A stretch of 64,000 nt of DNA from Armatimonadota bacterium. Lineage in GTDB: Bacteria; Armatimonadota; UBA5829; DTJY01. The position numbers and the translations under genes were made by a program. The stretch is from assembly GCA_025358205.1 (NCBI GenBank), contig JANYKG010000119.1, positions 14,233-78,232 on the forward strand, in the 5' to 3' direction. The notes below the pieces were generated by a model that saw only the letters and a list, made by a program, of their open reading frames with translations, ran no database searches and was not told the origin of the DNA. Position 1 is the first letter of the stretch, and each line of letters begins with the position of its first letter. Below, one piece after another: positions 56,477 to 64,000 of this stretch.

Positions 56477-58942
56477 ATGAACAGAAGAGCTTTCGGGATA
56501 GTAGCTATTCTGGCGATGATGTGTATAGCACCTGGCGTTCAAGCTAGTGCAGCGGCTAAGCCGTGGGTGATTGCTGAGAACGGCAAGGCGAAGGCGGCGA
56601 TCGTGATTCCGAAGGACGCGAGCGCACCGGTACGCGTCGCAGCGGACGACCTGCAGAAGTACGTCGCGCTGATCTCCGGCGCGAAACTGCCGATCCATGA
56701 GGCGGCTGGGTCAACCCCGCTCGTCTTCACGGATACCACTGTCATTCTGATCAACCCCGCGGGAGATGGACTCCCGGAGCCGGACGGATCGTTCATCATC
56801 CGCACGGAGCGCGAATCAGGTCGTCCGCCGACCATCCGCATCACCGGCAAGGGGGCCGTCGGCGCCATGTACGGCACATACACCCTCATCGAGAAGCTCG
56901 GCGTGCGGTTCTTCCACCCGGAGCAGGAGTACGTCCCCAAAAGCCATGATCTGCAGGTCGGCGAGATGAACATCACTCAGTCGCCCGCGTACAAATCGCG
57001 CGGCATCCAGCAGCACACTCTGCACCCCATCGAGTACACGGATATCCTGATGGCCACGCCGTCTGACGAGAACCTCCAGCGCGCCTATCGGTACGTGGAA
57101 TGGCACGCAAAGAACCGACAGAACTACCTCTTCTGGTGGTGGGTTGACCTGTACGACGTTTCCGCGCGGCGCGAGTATGTCAACAAGATCGTGCGATATG
57201 CGCATGACAGGGGCGTGAAGGTCGGGCTGGTGGTGGGAATGCCCTTCCGCCAGCAGCACTCCTACAATCTGCTGAAGTGCGACGCATGCCTGTCCGACAC
57301 CGCAACGTGGACCACATGCCTGCACCAGGGGGTTGACGAGATCGCCAGCCTGGGGATTGACGCGATGTGCGTCTTCTTCGGCGAGAACGAGGTCAGCCCG
57401 TTCAAGAAGGCCGAGGGGTGTACGGATACCGCGTCCCCGGTGAAGGTCACCGTCGAGCGGGTGGAAGCCCTGCGGACCTACGTGAAGGCGAAGTACCCGA
57501 ACATCTTCATCACGCTCTGGGTACACCCGACCGCCGGTACGCCGGGCGATGAATCCTGCCCGAGGTTCTTCTTCCTGCCGAAGCTCTGCTCGCCCGATGT
57601 CGGAGCGGCGGTTCACACCACGCAGTTCTACGACCTGGTGAACCCTGCGCCGACCTACGGCAACACGGACTTCTCCGCGCTGAGGGACTTCGCGCTGGAG
57701 CAGGCGAAGGTCCGGCCGGTGTGGTATTGGCCGGAGACCGCCTATTGGTGCGGTTTCGATATTGACACGCCGATGTACTTCCCGCTGTACATCAAATCCC
57801 GCTGGGTGGATGCGAACCTGCTCGCAGGCAAGGCTGAGGGGCACATCACATTCAGCAGCGGCCTTGAGTGGATGTACTGGCTGAACGATTATGCCGTGGC
57901 GCGGTTCGGCTGGAACCCGAAAACTTACGGCGTGGACGAGGTATTGGGTGACTATGCCTCCATCTTCGGACCGAAAGCCGGCGGCGTGGTGACGAGCGCC
58001 CTGAACGATGTGATCGCGGCGAACGAGCTGTACCTGATACAAAAATCGAGCAAGCCGGGATACAACATGATGGAGCTAATCACTCCGCTTCTCTCCAACC
58101 GAAACTTCGGGAACGTTGAGGGGAAGTCATCCGCCGAGATCAAGGAGCTTCAGTCCAACTACCTGACTGATCTGAAGGCGCTGGCGGAGAGCTACGGCCG
58201 CGCGTATACAAAGCTGAAGTTGGTTGAGGGGAAGGTCACGCCTCAGGCAAAGCCATGGTTCGACGAGCTGCTCGACACGATGCAGATCGCCAACCTACGC
58301 TGTGTGCATCAACTCAAGGCCTACGAGGCTGTAACCAAGTTCGCGTTGGAGGAGACGACCAGCAAAGACATCCCGGCCATGGACGACAAGGTGGTCACTG
58401 AGTTGTTGGCGATTCAGACTCAGGCCAAGGAGATCGTGTCGCGGCGTCAGGCTGAGTACCGGTTCCCGCACGGTGACGGCAATCCGTTCTATCGGTACTT
58501 GCCGACAGTGGGCGAATGGAAACCGACAACTGACTACCTGGAGACGCTCACCGGTTCCGAGTCCGCATTGGTGAATGAAGGTGTCACCAGGCCCATCCGC
58601 TGCACTCGCGGGCGGATAGAGGTAGTCGGCGACGTGGGTCTGACGCGCACGGTGACAGTGACGGTACCCGATGATTACCCGGTTGACAGAACGCTAAGGC
58701 TGATGATGACCGTGAGCGATACGGACTCGGCGACTGAGGGCGTGATGATCATCGCGGGCAAAGAGTATCCGCTTCCGATGAGCGGAGACAGTAAGAAGAT
58801 TGCGGCGCAGTTCGACCTACCGCCTGGAACCTTCAAGCACGGTGCGAATGAGGTGGTCTTCCGCTTCGATGACACGGTCGGCGGAACTACTCGGGGGTTC
58901 TACGTCTACTCGGTGGTCCTGGCCGTGCCGAAGGGAGACTGA
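56477..58942 (+). CDS. secreted large hypothetical protein (putative carbohydrate-active enzyme)
   Basis: 821 aa with signal peptide. No definitive motif. Confidence 0.4.
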   Translation: MNRRAFGIVAILAMMCIAPGVQASAAAKPWVIAENGKAKAAIVIPKDASAPVRVAADDLQKYVALISGAKLPIHEAAGSTPLVFTDTTVILINPAGDGLPEPDGSFIIRTERESGRPPTIRITGKGAVGAMYGTYTLIEKLGVRFFHPEQEYVPKSHDLQVGEMNITQSPAYKSRGIQQHTLHPIEYTDILMATPSDENLQRAYRYVEWHAKNRQNYLFWWWVDLYDVSARREYVNKIVRYAHDRGVKVGLVVGMPFRQQHSYNLLKCDACLSDTATWTTCLHQGVDEIASLGIDAMCVFFGENEVSPFKKAEGCTDTASPVKVTVERVEALRTYVKAKYPNIFITLWVHPTAGTPGDESCPRFFFLPKLCSPDVGAAVHTTQFYDLVNPAPTYGNTDFSALRDFALEQAKVRPVWYWPETAYWCGFDIDTPMYFPLYIKSRWVDANLLAGKAEGHITFSSGLEWMYWLNDYAVARFGWNPKTYGVDEVLGDYASIFGPKAGGVVTSALNDVIAANELYLIQKSSKPGYNMMELITPLLSNRNFGNVEGKSSAEIKELQSNYLTDLKALAESYGRAYTKLKLVEGKVTPQAKPWFDELLDTMQIANLRCVHQLKAYEAVTKFALEETTSKDIPAMDDKVVTELLAIQTQAKEIVSRRQAEYRFPHGDGNPFYRYLPTVGEWKPTTDYLETLTGSESALVNEGVTRPIRCTRGRIEVVGDVGLTRTVTVTVPDDYPVDRTLRLMMTVSDTDSATEGVMIIAGKEYPLPMSGDSKKIAAQFDLPPGTFKHGANEVVFRFDDTVGGTTRGFYVYSVVLAVPKGD

Positions 58943-58955
58943 CAAGGTTGAGGAC

Positions 58956-59948
58956 ATGAAGTATCTCAGATCTCCAGCAGGATGGGACGAGAACCAGCCG
59001 AATCCCTTCACACCGGACGGGATCTACGGCCCGGAGTGGAGCGTCTTTCGCCTGCGTGACGAAGACGACGATAGGATAGCTAACGGCAGGCCGGGCGGTG
59101 CGTTCTGTGGCAAGGTGCCGGACAGTGGCGATGAGTCCCACTTGGAGCAGCAGCGTGGTCAGGGACCATACTGCTTCGTTATGGGGCGAGGCATATTGGA
59201 CATTGAGGCCAGGTACGCGGATCTGCTGAGAGGCGAGTTGCTCCGTGACTACAAGATTTGCATGCCGCCCCCTCCAGGTGCGGCCCCAGTCACATTCGTC
59301 GGCCGGTGCTTCACGAGCATGGAAACGCGACTCGCCGACTTCCTGAAGTATGAAACGGACCACGGGCGCAGAGTCATCGTCTCCTTCCCGCCGGACGTGG
59401 ATGCCGATTCCGTGGTTCGGCGAGCGGTCGAGTGTACACCCGACCGCTCGACCGTAAGGCCGGACGATCCCTTGTGGTGGGTACACTCGACATCGGTGGA
59501 GAATTGGGCGAAGATCAGGGGGTGCGGGGAACTGCGCTCGCACGAGAGGCTGAGACGTGAGGATCTGTCTCGCGGGGCTGTCGGATTGTTCGTCTTCGGA
59601 GAACCCGCGGACTACGCGGAATACGTCATGCTAGCATGGGCGCTGTGGGTGTCGCCTGAGCACGTGGTTTCGTCCCAGCAGAAGGGCCGTCTCATCACCG
59701 AGGAAGACACCCCATACACACCGGGCGTCCGTCTGTACTTCGACGGTCACCGGATCATCCGTGATGGCCTGGCTATATCGGACGGACTGCACATGCTGAA
59801 GGTGCATGACCACCTCTCACTGGAGCCATATCTGGTGGCGGCGATCGGTGCCCGGGACGTTGATCCGTCCGGAGAAGTGGAGGTCTGGACTCCGTGGACT
59901 TTCCTGAACCGGGCGAATGACTGCTTTGCATCACGGAATAACGTTTGA
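58956..59948 (+). CDS. hypothetical protein
   Basis: 330 aa, soluble, Cys/Trp-containing. No family recognised. Confidence 0.45.
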   Translation: MKYLRSPAGWDENQPNPFTPDGIYGPEWSVFRLRDEDDDRIANGRPGGAFCGKVPDSGDESHLEQQRGQGPYCFVMGRGILDIEARYADLLRGELLRDYKICMPPPPGAAPVTFVGRCFTSMETRLADFLKYETDHGRRVIVSFPPDVDADSVVRRAVECTPDRSTVRPDDPLWWVHSTSVENWAKIRGCGELRSHERLRREDLSRGAVGLFVFGEPADYAEYVMLAWALWVSPEHVVSSQQKGRLITEEDTPYTPGVRLYFDGHRIIRDGLAISDGLHMLKVHDHLSLEPYLVAAIGARDVDPSGEVEVWTPWTFLNRANDCFASRNNV

Positions 59949-60037
59949 CCGCGTCGGACGTTGTGTGATTGCTTGACCGTACTCACCTTCCGATGTACGA
60001 TGTATGTAGGTTCGCATTCGTCAGGTGTGGAGGCATC

Positions 60038-60259
60038 ATGCATCAGGTAACAATCGGTGATAAGTACCAGGTGACTATCCCGAAGGAGATTCGGGAGAAG
60101 CTGGGTATCAAGCCGGGACAGAGAGTTCTGGTGACTGCGTCAGGCGGCGGCATCACGATTCAGCCCGAACCCGGCGGCGGATCCGATGACCGGTTGACCC
60201 AGATCACTCATCACGTATCACGCAGCCCTGACACCTGGAACCGGACACCCGGAACCTGA
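60038..60259 (+). CDS. AbrB/MazE/SpoVT-family swapped-hairpin DNA-binding protein (antitoxin-like), orphan
   Basis: MHQVTIGDKYQVTIPKEIREKLGIKPGQRVLV is the classic looped-hinge-helix pattern. The ATG at 60038 gives about 74 aa. Confidence 0.6.
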   Translation: MHQVTIGDKYQVTIPKEIREKLGIKPGQRVLVTASGGGITIQPEPGGGSDDRLTQITHHVSRSPDTWNRTPGT

Positions 60260-60260
60260 A

Positions 60261-60303
60261 GAGAGTACGAGTAAGAGTACGAGTAGGAGTAAGAGTACGA
60301 GGG
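60261..60303. repeat. hexamer tandem repeat [GAGTAM]n (gagagtacgagtaagagtacgagtaggagtaagagtacgagg)
   Basis: Seen directly, between the abrB-like gene and hydF. Confidence 0.8.
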
Positions 60304-60316
60304 GTACAGGCAAGAC

Positions 60317-61624
60317 ATGGGAATGAATCAGACGCCATCCGGGGAGCGGATGCATATATCCATATTCGGGCGGAGGAACTCGGGCAAGAGCAGCCTGATC
60401 AATGCGCTGACGGGCCAGAAGCTCGCCATCGTGTCAGACGTCGCCGGCACCACAACCGACCCGGTCGCGAAAGCGATGGAGATACTGCCGATTGGGCCGG
60501 TGGTTATCACCGATACCGCCGGGATTGACGACGTGGGGGCGCTCGGCGAGCTGCGGGTGGAGAAGACGCTGCGGGTACTGGAGAAGACCGACCTGGCCGT
60601 TCTCATCATCGAGGCAGGGAGCGAACCCGGCGAGTGGGACAACAAGCTCGCGGGCATGGTAAAGGAGCGCAAGCTCCCCATGCTGGTCGTCGAGAACAAG
60701 ATTGATCTGGTGCGGACACGTGATTTGAAATCTGAAATTCGAGATTTGAAATCCCAAGTCGGGACCTGGGCCGAAGCCCACGAACTGCCCTACGTCGCCG
60801 TTTCCGCCACGACCGGCGAGAACATCGAGGGCCTGAAGCAGTGCCTCATCACCAATGCGCCCGAGGGGTTCGCCGAGCCGACCATCATCGGCGACCTGAT
60901 CAACCCCGGCGACATCGTTGTCCTCGTCGTCCCCATAGACAAGGCCGCGCCGAAGGGACGGCTCATCCTCCCGCAGGTGATGACCCTCCGCGACGCGCTG
61001 GATAACGACGCATACTCGGTAGTCGTGAAAGAACGCGAGTTGAAGAACGCGCTGGAGAACCTGAAGAACAAGCCCAAGATCGTCATCACCGACTCACAGG
61101 CGTTCCTGAAGGTCGCTGCGGACACCCCGAAAGACATCTGGATGACCAGTTTCTCCATCCTCATGGCGCGGTACAAGGGCAACCTGGAGGAGTTCGTCGC
61201 GGGCGCTCGTGCCCTCAAGAACCTGAAGATCGGCGACAAGGTGCTCATCTCTGAGGGCTGTACGCACCATCGGCAGGGCGATGACATCGGCAAGGTGCAG
61301 ATTCCGCGGTGGCTGCGTCAGGCAGTCGGCGGTGAGCTGGAGTTCGGCTTCAGCTCGGGCATCGAGTTCCCGGACGACATCGCGAAGTACAACGTCATCA
61401 TCCACTGCGGCGCGTGTACACTCAACCGGCGCGAGGTGTGTTTCCGGCAGAAGTCGGCCAAGGACGCAGGTATCCCGATGACTAACTACGGCGTCACCCT
61501 GGCTTATGTACACGGCATACTGGACCGCGCACTCGATCCGTTCCCGTTGGCAAAGGCGCTGTGGGAAGAGTCACCGGATAAGCCCGTGAGACCGAAGCTC
61601 AAGATCCAGCGAACGAGTGGCTAG
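60317..61624 (+). CDS. hydF: [FeFe]-hydrogenase maturation GTPase HydF
   Basis: G1 GRRNSGKSS, G3 DTAG, G4 NKID. The C-terminal cluster motif CTHH...HCGAC and a long block alignment with Thermotoga HydF (PQVMTLRDALD...VVKERELK...ITDSQ...PMTNYGV). Confidence 0.85.
   Translation: MGMNQTPSGERMHISIFGRRNSGKSSLINALTGQKLAIVSDVAGTTTDPVAKAMEILPIGPVVITDTAGIDDVGALGELRVEKTLRVLEKTDLAVLIIEAGSEPGEWDNKLAGMVKERKLPMLVVENKIDLVRTRDLKSEIRDLKSQVGTWAEAHELPYVAVSATTGENIEGLKQCLITNAPEGFAEPTIIGDLINPGDIVVLVVPIDKAAPKGRLILPQVMTLRDALDNDAYSVVVKERELKNALENLKNKPKIVITDSQAFLKVAADTPKDIWMTSFSILMARYKGNLEEFVAGARALKNLKIGDKVLISEGCTHHRQGDDIGKVQIPRWLRQAVGGELEFGFSSGIEFPDDIAKYNVIIHCGACTLNRREVCFRQKSAKDAGIPMTNYGVTLAYVHGILDRALDPFPLAKALWEESPDKPVRPKLKIQRTSG
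60742..60775. repeat. heptamer array (gatttgaaatctgaaattcgagatttgaaatccc), GAAATCY family, in frame within hydF
   Basis: Encodes RDLKSEIRDLKSQ between the G4 and G5 motifs. Confidence 0.8.
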
Positions 61625-61627
61625 TCC

Positions 61628-62643
61628 TCAGCAAAGCAAACCGGACTTCTCGGCGAACTCCCGGAGGTCTACCTCGCTGCCGGTGCGGGACGATTCGATG
61701 ATTCCGAACGCCATCATCAGCGTCTTCACGTTGTCCGCAAGCGAGCACTCCGGTTCACGGTTCTCTTCGATGGACGCGGTGAACTCGCGCAGCACGTCAT
61801 ACCGCGTGTGCGTGGCGTTGATCTCCGGCCCGGCGGTATCCGTCCGCCCGCCGTCCGCGAAGACGCTCGACTTAACGCCGTCAGTCCAGAGCGAGCCTTT
61901 CTCGAACTCCAGGTCCCAATGGCCGAACCAGTCGGTTTCGTTCCGCCGCGCCGACCAGCCCGAGAAGTAGTTCACGCGCTTGCCGCCGGGGAAGGTGAAC
62001 AGAGACTCCACGCAGCCGTTGCACTTGCACCAACTCCAAGGCGGGTTCCAGCCCTTCGCCAGCACGCTCTCAGGCTCCGAGCCGATGACAAAGCGCATGG
62101 TGTCCAGGTGGTGGATGCTCATGGCGAGAATCATGGCGTCTTCCATGGTGGCGACATGGGCGCCGGGCATGTTGAGAGCCATGTGATATAGGACATTCAT
62201 GTATCCGAGGTCGCCCAACCCACCGGCGACGACCGCCTCGCGCATGGCCTTCGCGCCGGGGAACCACCGGTAGCCCTGTCCGACCATCAGCTTCACTCCG
62301 CAGGTCTTGTGCCGATCCAGAACCATGCGAAGCTCGTCGGTAGTGGAAATTAGTGGTTTTTCCGCCAGCACGTGAAGCCCGGCATCCATGGCGGCGGTGA
62401 TGTCATCTGCGCGCGCGGCAATAGGCGGTGTGAAGATGAATGCGGCATCGGCCTTAGTCTGCCGTATCGCATCGCCCAGGGTCTTGTGGCACCGGCTCGG
62501 ATCAGCCCCGAGTTCGTCCACAGCCCGTTTCAGCGCGGTTTCGTTCACATCCACCCATGCGGATATCTCCCATCCGCTATCGCGCAGAACCTGCACCCAT
62601 GACCATCCCCATCCGCCCAGTCCGACGACTATTCCTTTCATGC
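61628..62643 (-). CDS. Gfo/Idh/MocA family NAD(P)-dependent oxidoreductase
   Basis: MKGIVVGLGGWG Rossmann start and EKP motif. SD GGAGGTG 7 nt upstream of ATG 62643. Confidence 0.8.
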
Positions 62644-62834
62644 CTGCACCTCCGTTGCACCAGTTTAGCAGAGTGCATCGCCTGTGAAAAGCCATCGCCG
62701 ATATTGTGGATCGAAAGGCAAATGCCAGGTTTTCTTAACTTCGGCAGATAATTTTCTTGAAATAGGTGTATAATAGAGATAACAGAGGTGTCGGCGAAGG
62801 TCATCGGGCAACCGTGCCTCGGAGGAATCCCACT

Positions 62835-63527
62835 ATGTATATCATGAGTCCCGACCGCATGGCGCTGAACCTGGATGCGCTGAATGATGCGCTGCTCTCC
62901 GACAAAAAGCTTACGAAGGCTGAGAAAGAACCGGCCGCGAAGTGGATTGCCGGACGCCAGGGATTGAGGTTTTCCTACGCGGGAATGCCAGCGCCTACGG
63001 ACATCGAATATACCGAAGGTGTGCGAGTCTACACCGGCGAGCCAGCCAAACCCGGCGTAACCACCGGTCACATCCTGGGTGAAGAAGCCTGCCGTGTGCT
63101 GATAGTCCTGAATATTGACGATCATTTCGTGGAGGGCGCTCTGGCAAAGGCAACCCAGGGGATGATGAGCAAACTGCTCCTACCGTCTGGTGAGCCGAAC
63201 CCCGAAACCATGGGCGAGTACTGCTGCGGCATCTGCACTGTAGCATACTGGCGGCACCTGTCCGTCGGCGGTCTGCAGGATTCTAAGACGCGCCTGGCCA
63301 GAGGCATGGAGTTGCTGAAAGAGAATCGCAAAGGCAACGGCCAGTGGAAGAAGTTTCCGTTCTACTACACGCTACTTGCTATCAGCGAGGTTAATACGCC
63401 CGCAGCGGTTGAAGAGATGCAGTACGCTGCGCCGGTTCTTGAGCGGTTCCTAAAGCGCGCCGAGGTAGACGACATCTACGAACAGCGCCGCCGCGCCCTC
63501 GCCGCCCGCGTGCTAGCGAAGATCTAG
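62835..63527 (+). CDS. hypothetical protein
   Basis: 230 aa. SD GGAGGA 8 nt upstream. No family recognised. Confidence 0.45.
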   Translation: MYIMSPDRMALNLDALNDALLSDKKLTKAEKEPAAKWIAGRQGLRFSYAGMPAPTDIEYTEGVRVYTGEPAKPGVTTGHILGEEACRVLIVLNIDDHFVEGALAKATQGMMSKLLLPSGEPNPETMGEYCCGICTVAYWRHLSVGGLQDSKTRLARGMELLKENRKGNGQWKKFPFYYTLLAISEVNTPAAVEEMQYAAPVLERFLKRAEVDDIYEQRRRALAARVLAKI

Positions 63528-63712
63528 TAATCCAGTTACTCCCTTCTCCTCTTATCGGGTCGCACCCGCAAGCCGCGCGGCGGTTGTGCGCGGCGAAAGG
63601 GAGAAGGGCCGGGGATGAGGGTCTGCTCCCGCCGAGTACCCTTCGACAAGCTCAGGACAGGCGAGTAGGATCAACGAGTAAGGCTCACGAGAATGGTCCC
63701 GCCATCAGCCAT

Positions 63713-63782
63713 AGACCATTCTGACCATTCTGACCATCTGACCATTTCCCCGGTAGACCATTCCCCGTGGACCATTCTCTCA
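63713..63782. repeat. tandem GACCATTCT-like repeats immediately upstream of the promoter -35
   Basis: agaccattctgaccattctgaccatctgaccatttcc...gaccattcc...gaccattctc. Confidence 0.75.
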
Positions 63783-63789
63783 TGCCGAC

Positions 63790-63818
63790 TTGACACCCCC
63801 GCCTCAACCGCCTATCAT
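63790..63818 (+). promoter_or_regulatory. near-consensus sigma70 promoter, TTGACA-N17-TATCAT
   Basis: ttgacacccccgcctcaaccgcctatcat. Same TTGACAccc / TATCAT form as the 25573 promoter. Confidence 0.5.
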
Positions 63819-63874
63819 TCGGATAGAGCCTGTCCACGAGGCGGGCAATACTCAGAAGAGGCAGGCGACCGCAC

Positions 63875-64000
63875 ATGTTGAGAATCATCTTCCTGCTGGT
63901 GATACTTTCCATGATCCCCTTGACCACCTATGCCGATTTTACATTCGTTCAGATCAGCGACACGCATGTCGGCGTGAAGCAGACCGCGTACAATGCGCGG
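63875..64000 (+). CDS. metallophosphoesterase (calcineurin-like), 5' partial at window edge
   Basis: Signal-like N-terminus, then the FVQISDTHVG phosphoesterase motif I. Confidence 0.5.
   Translation, partial: MLRIIFLLVILSMIPLTTYADFTFVQISDTHVGVKQTAYNAR

Overview
This is a 64 kb window of GC-rich (about 60%) bacterial chromosome, densely coded on both strands. I found no rRNA, CRISPR array, transposase or integrase. The likely source is a polysaccharide-degrading, non-proteobacterial lineage, but that is a guess. Gene content: 
- Housekeeping: glyQS, dnaE, ksgA/rsmA, ispE, dxs, tRNA-Lys(UUU), tRNA-Val(GAC).
- A four-gene minus-strand sugar operon: xylose-isomerase-fold enzyme, IolB, glycerate kinase, GH63-like hydrolase.
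- Many secreted carbohydrate-active enzymes (GH30, GH20-like, DUF4838-like, BNR/sialidase-like, beta-propeller GH) and proteases (M16 fused, M48, M10-like, MA-like).
- Two ECF sigma modules. One is a classic sigma / zf-HC2 anti-sigma / DUF4097 triplet; the other is a sigma factor with a roughly 370-aa C-terminal extension.
- A GAF-PP2C membrane sensor phosphatase, an orphan HydF, and a canonical Mrr restriction enzyme.
- The most unusual gene is an 812-aa protein at 11857-14295. It has a Mrr-like PD-(D/E)xK nuclease domain, a P-loop STAND-like NTPase and TPR-like repeats, an Avs/antiviral-STAND-like architecture, and it sits alone between metabolic genes.

The window also carries several families of short interspersed repeats:
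- Heptanucleotide tandem arrays ([GAAATCY]n and [TTCCAAC]n) at seven or more loci, some translated in frame inside genes.
- GTGATGAGTGA elements that supply stops in all three frames at gene ends.
- GAGTACGAGTA inverted repeats.
- A tandemly duplicated 98-bp element downstream of dxs, each copy with its own terminator hairpin.

Several near-consensus sigma70 promoters share the form TTGACAccc-N17/18-TAT(A/C)AT. dxs appears to start at a non-ATG/GTG codon. All functional calls rest on motif recognition by eye; I ran no database searches.
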